This document shows, one piece after another, positions 39,801 through 53,761 of a stretch of 64,000 nt of DNA (position 1 is the stretch's first letter; every line of letters begins with the position of its first letter). The stretch spans positions 1 through 64,000 of the forward strand of contig KZ538198.1 of NCBI GenBank assembly GCA_000934665.2, given 5' to 3'. The position numbers and the translations under genes were made by a program. The notes under the pieces are model-generated. The model searched no databases and was not told the origin of the DNA. It saw nothing but the letters and a program-made list of their open reading frames with translations. The DNA comes from Catajapyx aquilonaris. Its lineage: Eukaryota.

Positions 39801-42800
39801 ATTAATAATAATTTGCGCATATTAGCTATTCGGGTGCAATTAATAGCCGATTAGCCTAATTACTATTGCAATTGCGTGTGTCAGAATGGATTTTTTTTGA
39901 ACTTCTGATTTTTTTTAACCTACGAAAGCTTCAGATTTTAGCAATATTTAAATCAAACTCGGTAGTAAAAAATTCCGTACTGTGAAAAAGTAATGGGGTG
40001 TGTATTCTAGCAATCAGTTGAAAATGAACCAACACAGGTCCATATCATTGGGGATTCTCTTGAAACCGGTTGTTAGCGCAGTGCAAATAGTCCATAATTT
40101 TATCCCCATCTCTCTTGAACTATGAACTTCCCCACACTGATGTATCGACTTACTTATAATCCTCATTATTTACATTTTGCGAAATATTCTCTATATTATC
40201 CATAATTTAATCTGATGCAATTTTTGCAGCCGTGTTAAGTTTTGAATGCACATATCGGAATCAAAGTAGGTGTTACTTCCACCGGGTGTGCCCTGCAGGG
40301 GTTTTCATCAATCATATTTTCTCACAAACACACAAGGCAGAGGAGCTGGGCATGATTGGTGTGGGTGGCGTCCTGGTGACAAATTATCCTCCTGCCCCCT
40401 GCTTGCATCATATTGAAAACTGGCCGCTAACCTCCCTCTCTCTACCCTGCACCACCTACGTGTGAATCTATATATATCCCCGTCGATTTTGTCGTTGGTG
40501 CAAGTGACAGGTCTCCGGGGAAGTGTCACCTGCCATGCGAATCCCGCATTGGCATTCTCAATAAAAAAAAAACAGGTTTGCCTTTGAAGCCGTCGGCCGT
40601 TTGATTGGGGCATTCGGAATTTCCGCCGGGAATTAATGGCGGTTTCCGGTTTCCTCTCTAGTCAGGCCGCCGATGAATTCATGCCCTCTGCACATACGTT
40701 CTATATATACTGGATGCGTGAGGTTCAACCGCAGTCTGTGTACACTCGCTGGCCTCATCTCGCATAATATGTGGTCACTACTTGAACACCCCCCATTTCC
40801 AGGATCAAAAGTCTACACGTTCATTGCTAGGGTGCACTTGGTCGAAAGCGTAGTATACACTCCTGGCTTTATTGAACTTTGAGTATGACGAAAACTACAG
40901 CATCAGTGCAGATCATCTGGGCCGCGTCTCAGTCCATTCGCCTTCAGCTATACCCCAATATTGTTGGCCCACATTCGAAGAAAATATAGCCTTATGTGAC
41001 TCGCGGACTGAAGAAGTTGCACACAAAAAAATATACCGATCGGTTGAAACTTTGTGTAGCTTGGGGCTCATGGCTAAGGCCTGATGTGTGCAATGATGGA
41101 GAGAAGCTGGAGCTGCAAGCAACACTCCCAAAAGTACCAAAAAGTTTTCTTATGCATTCATATTTCCATATAAATAGCAGTAATCGCAAAATATGTTAAA
41201 CTAACTTTCTTAGGGTGCTGCAATACGAAGGGCTCGAATCGCTTCATGAATTTTAATACTACGGCCCTTTTTGCTATTGCCACTTGAGTACTGAATATTT
41301 TAGCAGTAGTGTGTATACCTTTGGAGCATCTGCTATACGAAATATGTATCAGGTGATATCGAGTAGGTAAATTTGGAGATTTTTTAAAACAATTTCTGTG
41401 GCATTGTGTAATGTACTTGGTATTTATACATAGGCGCACTGTGAGTGAGGTATAATTTACGGTGATTAATGGCTTTTCGATATTTTTGCCATAATAATCG
41501 TTACTGTTGCTAATGCATGCCGGCCGGTGTTGATTCTGAAATCTCTTTGACGATAATGATGCCTATGATCTCTGAACATGAATTCAAAGTGCATCCTTCT
41601 ACCGACTACTTAATGGCACTCTTGGAAGATGGATGGCTGTAGTGAGAACTGCGGAAGAAAAGATAGTGACGTTCTATTTGCATTGCAATTGAGATTGATG
41701 CCAGATCCATATTCTTCCTTCCCTATAGCTGGCATAGGAGGGTCTATGCAGCCCTGCAGCGCAAAGATCGATTCAGAAGGAACTTCCTGATTGGACAGGC
41801 GAAAGCCCTTCGTAGATATTTTACCTGGCAAACTTCATGCGGCCCCGTAATGAACTCATTTAGCGTAATTACCGAACGACCTTCGTTTGGATGCACAACT
41901 GTCTTGGCAAGAAAGACGAAATGCATGATTTATGAAGATGTTGTTTGCACAGTTTCCGAACCCGGAAGTGACGGGTTGGGAGTGGTGTATCCAATCCCGG
42001 GCCCTGTAATTACATTCACTGCAGGAATAAATCCGTTTACCGAAGGCAGTTGAGGTATGATAATTACGTAATCACCGCGCGAGGTTTGTCAGCTGCTAAT
42101 TCGGCAAAAGGCCCGCCGAGTCGATCCCAAACCCAGGCTAATGAAATATTTCTTCTGCAGGTTGCGTTCGTTTATTGTCATCATGACGAAACAATGTAGT
42201 GAAAAGCCGGTGCTTGGAAATTAAAACCCTAATTGTGCGCAGTGCAATAGAATCGACCGTTATTAATTACCGATGGATTTCATTTATGGTTTTCTAGCTA
42301 ATATTGGTGGCCTTATTGGGGTCAACGGCGCAAGGCTAATTGCTTGCCAGATTGTTGCTTTAATTAGTCACTGGTTGACTCCAAAAACTATTGTATTGCA
42401 TACCAGCTGATGCGTTTATTACTGTGTGTCAATTTTACGGATTCATGGCGATGTGAAATAATTATTAGGATAGCGTTATTATTAACATATAATTAACGTG
42501 AATAATTGTTGAAGGTGGTGTGCCAAAAAATTGCACGAGAGCATGCATTGTTATTATTGGTAGACATGTGTTTGTGTGTTTTAGCGTAATGTGTATATAT
42601 AACTACAACACATAAAAACATTTATGTTAACTTTAAAACAACATATACAGTTTTGGATAAAGCAACAAAACCTTTCAGCAACCCTTTTGTATTTGTAACA
42701 TGGAACAATTGTTTAGTTGACTTATAATAACAAAAGGATTTTCTGGCATAACGGAATTTTGTGGTTTTGATAAACTTTTTAGGTGCATAGTATGTGTAAC

Positions 42801-45800
42801 TGCGCATGATGCACTAAATAGTGGGCGTAATAATTTTTACAGTTTTTACTCATTTTCTTCTCGTCATCCCTGTGCAAATGTATAGTTCTAAAATAATGGC
42901 CTCGTGTATTTCAAAAAATGGCTAAAATATGCGATTCCTGTGCAGTTATTTTTTGACATTACAATTTCGTGTCTACAAAGTAATGCCTATGTGAGGCTTG
43001 ATAATAATCGGCAATGCAGTACTTACTGGAGCCTGCAACGAAAAGAATTTCATGAGTCATTGTTTTTAAGGCAGCAAAATATTATTGCATTCACAATAAG
43101 TACTTTTGTTGAGTGAAAGGTAAATGGTGAATTTCCGCGATTGAAAATTATTGAAAAAATTGACAGTAACAAATTGGAAGTTTATTTTTTACCTCTTAGA
43201 GCAGAACGGCATTGCTGTCTTATGGTTTTGCGTCTGTGTTTTATATCGTTTGAAGGAGCCAGCGGAATTAGTTATTAGCATTTGCTCTAATCAGTGTGAT
43301 TGCAACTGTTGCTAAATTATGATTATTAAATAACACATTACACTGTATTATAACACATTGGTGTTTAATAATTGACTTTGTTCACCAGCCGTGAATCAGA
43401 ACGATTATGTAATTAGAGCGGTGTCATTTTTCAAGGCAATGGCGTAATGAAATCGAATTATCCTGCTTTTTTTTTGTCACAGCCTATATACTATGCAGCC
43501 AATAAACCGTTTCAAGCCCATGGTGAATAACAGTTTGGCGTGGATACATGCACTTTTCAAGAATATTAAACAGGGCAGAGCAATGCAGTGCAGCTATGCC
43601 CGGGTGTTCATTAGGCAGCCAAGCCAAAGGAAGCGGAGGTCGCGAGCATGCATGCCTTCTGCGGTCATTTGCGAAAGGAACATAACCTGTTAATGTGAAA
43701 GCACATGGTGGGCAAACTCGGTGGGCAAAGGTTCCAACCTGGTGTTTAAATGGCTGGGATCCCCCCGGCCAGGCTCATATACATGATATTGCATGTAGGA
43801 GCACAGCGTGCAAACAGCCCAGTGCAAACAATCCCCCCTTCCCTGGCTGATATCGCCAGTTACGAAGGGTTTGCTGTTCTTACCGGTCCAATCATGCAGG
43901 TATTCCGATTGCTTTTTGATTACAAAGGTCCACCTGATCTTCCAGCAAAGGACTCATGTCAGTGACGGTTATCATTGGCTCAGACGGACCAGACATCAAA
44001 GAGAGTCAACATATAGGATAGGGTTGCCGTCTATTGAAGCGAGGAAGTCCAAGTTCCCACGTGCAGTCCGATTGGTGAGTCTGCAGAATTACGTTTCACA
44101 AAGTCTGCCCAATCCCTATGATAAGAAGGTGACCCTGCATGACCTCGACCAGACTGCACCATGAACCGTATACAGTAGAGGTGGATTTGTGCAACGTGCC
44201 GCCGGTAATTAATTACAATCCGGTGCTCGTTTGGAGACGAAACGTCATCCAAGAGGTGTAATTAGTATTACTTGGGAGCCCCGGTGCTGGTAAAGCGCGC
44301 CTATTCCCTTTTCCTGAAGGGAACTGGTAGCCATCCGTCTTAATATTCGTACACTTGTGCCACTGCGGCATCCATTATCTACCTCCAGGTTTAAGAGCGG
44401 CCTGTGTGACGGCTCGCGGAAGGACGCCATTGTTCCTACTTGGCTTTATGGCCGACGGGGGCAAATTGGACCTACTCTTCCGCTTTGTGGCAGCCATTTT
44501 GTCCCCCGACATGCTACCTGACTACCTGCTGCTGCGGTGATGGGAATTTGCACCATCCGAGACCCATCTAATTGGAATATAAATGTGCGAAGGAGAATAC
44601 AACTATGCAGTTCGTATAGCGTCACGTGATGCGATTCTGTCGTTCGGTTGGGTGGGTGGCCTCCTACATATTGATTGGCCATGTAGGTTATTTATAACAG
44701 TATATGCTTTTAAAGCCATTGAAAGTTTACATTGGCGTGCTTCATTTATTGTTGAAGGCCATTTGCAAACACCCATAGTGCAATGGGTGTTGACCTAGTG
44801 CACTTTCAACTTAGGGTTGTGCAATGATGGGGGGTTTTAACATTTCATTCGATATATCGGTTTACAAAAACGATACTGAGCTAATCACATACTCGATATA
44901 TCGAAATATTGCAGTGAGACCCGAAGGATATGTCTACACCACCAAAGTTCTGGTTTGAATCGCCTCGCAGCAACGCAATATTCAGTGCACATGTTTCGCA
45001 AAGAAGCCTGGATGACAATGCCAACTAAGTACTGAAACGGAAAGTTGGAGACGAGTATGACGACGGATAATAACGAGACTGGGAAGCCCCCCAAAATATT
45101 TTTTTTTCCTTCTCCCTTTCCCTGTAACACGTACTGTAATGAGAAAACTTTACTCCGCAAAAACTTGGGTACGGAACAAAACCTCACTCCGCACAAGTTT
45201 CGCCCCCTCGAGAGTTCAGACAATTGGAAACTGGACTTGCCCATTGGAATGTTCGAGACCAAGTTTGTTCTTCATTCATGGTTTGACTGCCTATTGAGAG
45301 AGCGCAGCAATGGAGGGGATGGGTGGGGAGTTTGGGGGAAGGCGGGGAGAATGTTCTGACTTTGCCTTCTGCTGCCTAAGACTTGGTATCTGATGGAAGG
45401 ATGGAGGCTATTCTGGCAGCTGTGCCTTTTGCAGCCGTAATTCTGGGGTGATTTGCAGGGCTGGTAACTTTTACGAGGACAATTTATTAGCTTCTCATGA
45501 AAACAGTGGGGGGAGATTACGACCTATATTTGCAAGTTAAGTGGCCATGGTTGGAGGAAGAGCGTTTTATGAGGAGGAAATCAGAGGCCTCTTTGTATGT
45601 CTGCGATGATTGACTTGCTCCACCAAAAACCATGTCCAACCAAGAGACCCAGGGTTCTTACATTGCTAATGCCAAGCGGTAAACAGGCGGTGCTTTGGCC
45701 CAAGTCCTCGCAATTATTCGGGTTCATATCTATATACTCCAGTGTGAGGAGCGCCTGTGGTTTACAGACCCGCGCCAAATCTGCATGGTCTATGCGGTAG

Positions 45801-48800
45801 GCGGGTGTGTAAATTAAGTTGAAGCTTCATATATTATTTGGCAAACGCGATTTGTGTGCAGAATGCGGTGGATTTGCTGCCATGGGGATAAATCCCAGGG
45901 ATTGACGTAGCGTGGTTAATTCGGCCGAACAAAAAACGATGAAAGATTGAGATGCAGGGACAATAATGTGATTTCAGGCTGCTTTCAGTTGGTGATTAAC
46001 CAGAAGTTTGAGCCTAATTACAGCCTTTTTGGTCTTTCAACAGGTGGTCCCTGCATTGCGTGTACATGCGGGTATTTAGAGTGAGTGCAAGGCTCCAAAT
46101 TCGTCTGAGAAATGTAACATGCGACAATCCGTGTGGGTGTGACATCTAAAAAACATCTTCTATTGTCGCTTGTCCTCGTTTCCTAAGTCGGCAAATTCCG
46201 CCGTCTCTGTGAGAGCTTTCTTAAAGCTGCAACTTTTTTTTTCGCAAATGCCACTTCGAGCCACAAATTTTCTTTGTGACACCTTCGTCTCTCCACTGAA
46301 GTTGTCAATCAAATCAGCTTGGTTGCGACATAAGAATGTACTGTATAACACGGAGTTTCCTATAAGATGCACTTGAGAAGAGAGTGGTGCGAAAAATGAA
46401 ATTTTGGCTTCAAAGTGCCCCAAAATTAGAGGAGCGATACAGAATCAGTGCCTGGGCCGCTTCCTTCTAGAGAGGCTTAATACACTGCGGGTAATTCTGT
46501 TTTAATGTTTGCAGCGGCGAAACTGGCTCAGCGAAATGGCTGCCGCCTTTTAAAATACTCACGTAAGTGCATTTTTGTTCTGATAGTGCCTCGTTTCCAT
46601 GGGGACTAATTAAGCGAGAGAAAAGGGGCTGACTTTGCATAAGGGGTAATTATTCTTATGCACCGATGCAATCTGGTTCATTGCACAGCTTTGTAATGAA
46701 TTTTTAAAAGCATTGTAAGCACATTTGTTGCTGGTGCAAGTTTCCGTTTTAAAATGCATATTGTCTATCACAGAATCATGTGTTGGCGGTGTGGGAAAGA
46801 AGACACCAAGAGTCAGATAGTACATTTAAATGGAGGATTTAGGCACATCCAGGAGCCTAGTAATTATTTGAAATGTGATCAATGACGGGTTTACGCGATG
46901 TCAAATAGGATGTTTTAGTAAATGGATACCCCTGACATTAACTACAATTTGTACGTGGCATGCGGGAGCAGCAAATAATGAAAATGACTGTTGAGAGTTA
47001 CATCCGTTTTTATCCCCATTTTTTGGTTCAAAAATTAAAATGTAACTGCAAATAAACAAGGCAAATAGACCATGTCATCGGGTGTAATTTATGCTGTTTG
47101 CATCTGTTTGGAGTCAGTCGTATAGGGGTTCATTTACTTTACAGACTGTCGCAACATGCTGGAACATTTGAGTTTGCAGATAGAGTCAGGTCGATCCTGA
47201 TGTACTATTAAATAATAGAATGCTGATTGGCCTTAAGTCAAAATTTGAATTGTAGGTGCGACTTAAAACAGATGTTACAATGACGCAGGTCAAGTCGTTT
47301 GGCCCAACGTTTTCCTATTTTGGCGGCAAGAGCACAAAAGGAAAGCGTAGAAATCTGTATTGATCAACCGTTTCCCCCCGGCAAATCAATTCTCCTCTTT
47401 GTTCGCAACATCAACCGACGACAAAGCATTTGTACATAGTTAGCAGGGCACTCCAACCCTTATAAAAGCCACTCGGGGAGTGCTTTCAACCTGGACTGGT
47501 TGAGATACAGCGCAGTATTGCTGTAGTTGTACGCCCGTTTGTAGCATTTTGTAATATGCCTGATGGCCTAGTAACCGCGATTCAAAAAGCTAGATGCTAC
47601 CCATTTAGCTGGTACGCAATGTTGGTGTCGGCAGTAATGCTGTATAGGGTTTGGAAAAAGTAGGACATTCGGTAAGGATCTTACGAAACTCATCTGGCTG
47701 GCTGGATTTGGTGGATTCTGCGTCAAATCCGGAAAACTTAAGTGTGGTTGCTACCATCCAGTTTCTTATCTACACTTTGATTGCTTTTTTCGATCTCTCC
47801 GAGGTGCTGGGATCATGCACTGTTGAGTAAGCACTAGATGGTTCGTGCGGGATTGGGAACTTGGCAGCCGAGCCGGTTTTTATACCCAGTTGGCTGTGGA
47901 CTTACTTTTTGGACACCTTGTATATCACGTGGGAGATCTGTATAATCCTCCAAAAATGGCAAAATTGCAACAAGTTTCGTGGGTCTGCAGGAAAGGCATA
48001 GATTAAAACCACAGACTTTCACTTAACCACAAATGCACTTTTCTTGCACTATAGTGCATTTCATAGGCTTTACTCCGTTGAAATTGACGGAGCAGTAAAG
48101 AAGCACTAAAACGTCGTCGACGCCGGTTTTCAGCGAAGGAAAAAAAAGAGTAACTCCATGATGTGAATTGACGTGGAGTCACGCCTAGAGCCTGTTGTCG
48201 ACTATTTCTTTGTGGGTGAGAATTCATGCATTATTCTGGCATAACATCTTTTGTGCTGGAGGCTCACTCTGCTGGAAACTCCTCTCTCTCACTCTCCTTT
48301 TCTGGGAGCGTGCTTATAGTCAGTTGGCGTGGATAAATTGCTCGTTGAATGGACGTCGCCTAGCGTCGCAGGCCGTCGCCGCCATTTGTCACTCGATCAC
48401 GTCGCTTCATTTTTCAATATTATATGAAGCAGGACATACTTGCGAAACTTTCGGAGAGCTGCATTGTCCCGGTACAACGGAAGGTAACGGGCATTGTCTG
48501 CCGACTGCATAATGCAGGGCACGTGACTTGTTGATGCGGACGGGGGATTAATAGAATTACCCTGCAACGTCCTCCATTATGTGCAGTCGGTAAATCGCAC
48601 ACATCCACTAAGTAATTTGTCGCTCTGGGATTGAATGGCTGTCAATGACGGCGCGAAGTGACGGTAATTTTTCGCGTGTCGGTGCGTCACCCTTGTTCGG
48701 ACATGTTCACTTTTGGCTGCTCTTTAATCTCCGATGAACAAAGCGCGAAAATGGCGGAGAACTCATTGTGTCAAAGCCAGCTGCGGGTAAGTGACATCCC

Positions 48801-51800
48801 ATGTATCAGTTGGGAGTCAGAAATACTTGCAAACCACTGACGTCGTCTCCGGCTGTCTCACGACTCTCTACACAACCCACCGCATTCACGCCATCTTTTG
48901 GCGAAACTGCCAACTCGCAACTTACTCCATCTACTGGATGCGGGAGATGCCACAGCGCTGCTGCTCGTGTCTGCGGGTTGTCTTAATGGCTCTAAGTTGG
49001 TGTAAACCACGGAGGCTCGTTTATGAAGATGAAATCAGGCAGCTTACCCGGGGCGTCTTCACACACAGCAGAGCTAATGCAGGAATTTATCATGGTTTTT
49101 CCCATCCACATGTGACGCCGGACAGGATGGGTGGTATCATAATGTAGCGTGACAATGGCGCTTTCGCGCCAATAGGCGATTAATCCGCGGTGCGATCTGA
49201 ATGGCGGTGGTGCTGCATGTCTAGAATTATAGCCGCCGCACCCCCTGCACATTTTGGCCATTCTGTCAGTGGAGCATGTCATTTGAAGCATTATGGCTAT
49301 GCGAGAAGGTGACCTTGTTAATGGCTTATTCCAGGGGTATGCCAAAGTGTTAAAAGGCACAGATATGGTGTGCCAACACATGACTCTTATCAACAGGGCG
49401 GGCTGGCAAAATTTACGGACAAATTATTCAGTAGCGGTATGTCACGAAAATGCTTCCGTCTGATCAGATATGTTTGGCCATATTGGTAGGCAACAAGAAG
49501 CCTAACTGAAATATGTATAGCTATACAGTGCTGTGACATGTGAATGGCCGGAAGCAATGCGGTCTTGATTTGGGTATTCGATTTCTTCATCGAGTTTTGA
49601 GATAAGAGGGAAGTTTGTGCACATAACGAGACGAGGAAGTTTCGGATCTCAAATATGGATGTTTAAACAGGAGGGCTAAGGGTGCAGTGTGTTGTAGAAT
49701 GGGCTTCATTATAGGGCGGGTGAGAGCACTCAACTCGTCCTTACTGTGTTCAATCTGGAGCTGAATTTACTCATTCAGCTCAATGGGAAGCATCAACCCG
49801 GGAAGCTGGATCGATCTTGTGTAACTGCACACAATTTTCACAATTTAAAAAAATATATGTGCAGACTATTACTGACTGCACCGTTTGTCAATGCTACTGG
49901 CACTGCAAATCCCTCCAGGGTACATATCAGGATATTATTTGGGTCCCTTTGTTGGGTTTCCGCAGGCTTGCTTACTTTATAGCTGGGAGATAGCGAGAAT
50001 TGTCCGGTACATTACACAAGTTGATTTTTCCGAACCGTAATTTTCCGGTGCTATCGTGGCCGATCGGCCTCTATATTGCCAAACCACCTTCCTCGCCGGA
50101 AATGAATCCCATTTACGGCCAGTACTTTGCCACCAACTCTCTCCCAACACCCCCCACATTTACTGCGGGTTCTAATTAGACGAGTGTCAAGTCGACGACG
50201 CCGAATATTCTTGCCATTAATTATGAACCGTGGGTTTTGGGGAGGGTTGGAAGGCCGCTAGAACACGTCGCTCTTGAGGATGAACTGTGCAAATGGGGCT
50301 CCGGATAATTACGTTTGGTAATTTACGACACTGAGTTTGCTGTGACGTCCCATGGAGATTGTGGCAGGTACCCGCCTCTTCCCTGCTTTTTTTTTTTAAT
50401 CCAATGATTACTCTTGCCCCGTATTTGCGTATTTGCCGTGGGTGTTGTTTCGGGACATCCAGTTCACAGGCGAGAGGTAAATTATGCTAGTTGCATGTCT
50501 AATAATAGTCGGAGCATGGGATTCGTAGACCGAATCCAGCAGGCAAACTGAAATGAAATCAAATAAACAATCCCACTCCAATTGATGCCATCGGGATCAA
50601 TAACACCGAGGGCTTTCTGCAACACAAAGATCCATTATGACCACCGCTGGATAATATACACACGATTAATGAGGCGGGGTTAAATTGAGCACCATGAATA
50701 TTATCCGGATGGAGAGGGGAAATTTCAAACGCATACGTATGAAGCTGGACCGCATTTTCTACATTTCTGTGGGTAAATATTGTATCGGAAATAAACATCG
50801 ACTGCTTTTTAAGGTGACGTCATGGCAGCCAAAATATTACAGCTAGTTCTTCCCAGGGTCCGGACCATTTCCTCTGTTTTACAGCCGAATCCTATCTTGA
50901 TTTTTGCCACTAACCGATTCGAGTCAGAACCAATCTCACATTACAGCGGCACCCCGAATCCCCTAGTTGGCGCTAAAACTTTCATTGGTCGGGGAGATTG
51001 CAAAACTCGGCATAGCCGTACAAGCCACCGCTGCCTGGGGCAAGTGATATTAATATGCCATCGCATGGCGTAAAATAGGAGCCGTGTTTGCGAGGAAGAA
51101 CGACCCGCTCTGGGCACTTTCAGCTGCTGCAGTTATACCTTTCTGAAGGCCATTCCGACAAAAATGGCATGGAAGGGATCCAGAAGGCCTGCCTTTTGTC
51201 ACTGCCTGATTTTTATTATGTTGGTGGATTTTTTTGGAGAGTTTTTGAGTCTTTTAATGAGAGCATCGGGATCGACATATCCATCCCGTTTTTTTAATAC
51301 GATGAAAACTTTATTTTAATGAAAAAAGTTCAGAAATTAGCTAGCAGATGTGGCAGGCATATTTCAGCGGCCTTAGGCTGAAGAGCGAGCAAAATATTTG
51401 TGAAGTGACGTATTATTAGGGCAATATTTACATTTTTTGAGGGGGAGATGTAGCTTTAAATTTTTAAGTATGCTTGGACGGAACAATTGCAAGAGTAAAC
51501 AGCCTCTTACTCATTATTTAGGCAGATTTGCTGGAATTTCTGCCGTCTCACTGGCTTTCCCTTACCTCGCCTTTTACTCTTGAATTAGTCAACCCGGTGC
51601 CTACCTGAGTTTCACTAACTCTATTTTCCTGGTCCCAAGTAGGACTCTCGGAATATAGAGAGAGAGGCGATGTAATCCTGAGTAAATTCCTCAGCTGGCC
51701 AACCCTAAACCTTGTTATGCTGGGCTTAAGGTAAATATTGTGCTCCGCAGCAAATTAATTATCAAAACTTGCGTAATACATTAGGGCCCACATGTAGACT

Positions 51801-53129
51801 ACCTGTTGTGCATTTAATTCAGTCGGGGAGCTTAAGCCAGACGTAACGGAGGATAATGCATGTGAGGGATTGAAAAGTTGCCATGGATTTAGGATGTTTT
51901 TGAAGGGGGGAAAATGGTGTTGACAACGCCTCGTCGCTTAGAAAATCAAGCTTCCTGAAATGGCGGAAAACATATTCAAGGTTGAAAATGATAAAATTAC
52001 ATGGTAATTGCCGCCCGCCTAATAAGGAAATTGGGCAAAAGAGGAACCTTTTAAGGCAGAGGATGCGACGGCTGAATCCAAACTCTCTGGTCGTCATCAA
52101 GTCTAGCAAATTCACTTCTCTGCTGTGCTTCCCCCGGATATTACTAAAGTTTCCCTGCTGTTTAAGTTCATTTTTTTTAAAAAAAACTTCCTGCTTTGCA
52201 TGTTCCACTTTTAGCTGTCGTTTGTACAGTATAAAAGCTCAATAATGTAGCGCCATTTGTATTTCTTGAGCCACTAATCCCCGCTCAATATGGAAATTTT
52301 CTTTTTCAAAAATATAATTTTGAAATGCCCTCGAACACTTGTGAATAATCCCTGCTCGAAGGGACGATTTTTTTTTGCGTAGTAATATTCTACCTACACT
52401 TTCTGTGACGTGCGCACAATCGATGTTCGCAGGTCAAATTACAATATGGAAAACGCATGTGAGCATGAACCCTTTACCCAGCAATATGAATGATTTACCG
52501 CGCAAGGCAATGGGGATGAACCCTCCCTAAAAGTCTGGCAGGCAAGCCAGAGCTCCAGATGGCGTCAGGAATTTGGGTCTCAGATTCCAGACCTCCCAGA
52601 TAGGACCTCCCCCCATCCCCGAAATTTCTAGTGGAAATATTTTCCGGCAAGAACCGCGCAGCGATTTGCAATTGGAATGGCGCGTGGAAGAGAAACGTTT
52701 TCCCTTGGCGCTTTTTCTTACTCCTTTTTTCTAATCTCCTGCATTCGAACCTTGACGGCCGCTGAAAGAATTGCGAAGGGTATGCGGAGGTGGTGAAAAA
52801 ACGCCAAGTCGGATTGTGAGGGCGCCCTGAAGGGCCATTCAGTAATGGCATTCGTCGTGTACCTGGCACATTTCCGATGGATACTTCGGGGTGTTAAAGC
52901 AGGAGAAGTACCTGCGAAGAGCGGCCATTACTGGCCCAGGGAAGGAAATAACTGCCTCGGGGAAATGCCCCCAAATCCCCCCCAGGGATAATTTATGAGG
53001 CCGTTAAGAGAGCGTCCGAGTTGTCAAGAGCTGCTGGGCGATAAGGTCTTTATGCACAGCATTGCTGACCTACACTGGGATTCTCTCAGACACCTGAAAA
53101 GCCTGCAGAAAATGTATATAGTACTCACC

Positions 53130-53212
53130 TACCTTCTATATCATACCTTCTATATCTTAGCTTTTACAGTATATCTTACCTTCTATATCATACCTTCTAT
53201 ATCCTACCTTCT
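53130..53212. repeat. Short minisatellite, 14-bp unit TACCTTCTATATC(A/T/C)
   Basis: Four good copies, one degenerate interrupted copy and one partial copy. Confidence 0.9.
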
Positions 53213-53309
53213 CAATAAAAAACTTGTCCTAAATATTGCGACCTCTGTGGTTAAGCAATACACGGTAGGTTTTCAAAATAGCATTTCTTTTGTACGGCAC
53301 TGTACCCAC

Positions 53310-53359
53310 CGATCTGATTGGTGTAGCAGACGATCCCACCCTCTGCACCAATCAGATCG
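53310..53359. repeat. Hairpin with a perfect 14-bp stem
   Basis: cgatctgattggtg (53310-53323) pairs with caccaatcagatcg (53346-53359). Extra caga/tctg pairing is possible inside. Confidence 0.85.
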
Positions 53360-53703
53360 CTTTTAGACCTTAGAGTGTCTGATGTGGAGTAGATGGTGAG
53401 AAGTTATGCTGTGGGTACTATATGCGTGTGCAAAATTATTTTTTGCTTCTAAGTTATTTCAAAAATGGAATTATTCCACTTTTGAAATAATTGCAGAACT
53501 GACTCATCCTGGCGTGTAGGCACCCCAACGGCCTCTCTTGGCTAACGGGTTACCTACATGGCAGGCTTAGAAACTTTTGCAGGATTTTGCAGTGTTTTGT
53601 GGAACCCAATTCCGAAAGGCTTTTCTGGGAGGTGCGGTGGTGGGGAAAAAAAGTAGAGCCCTGGCTCCACCTCTTTTTTTTTGTTGAGGCACGCCACGAC
53701 ACA

Positions 53704-53761
53704 AGTTTGCTCGTTTCATGAAAGTAAATGTAGAGGGGGAGCGCAGTTTGCTCGTTTCATG
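53704..53761. repeat. Exact 17-bp direct repeat around a 24-bp spacer
   Basis: agtttgctcgtttcatg at 53704-53720 and 53745-53761. Confidence 0.85.

Noticed and set aside
42138..42166. ctaat...tttcttctgcag|gttgcg, positioned where a third ratchet point might be expected
   Set aside because: The acceptor is plausible, but GTTGCG is a very poor donor.
49466..49488. AGATATGTTTG start resembling miR-190
   Set aside because: The 3' half diverges and there is no complementary arm to form a precursor hairpin.
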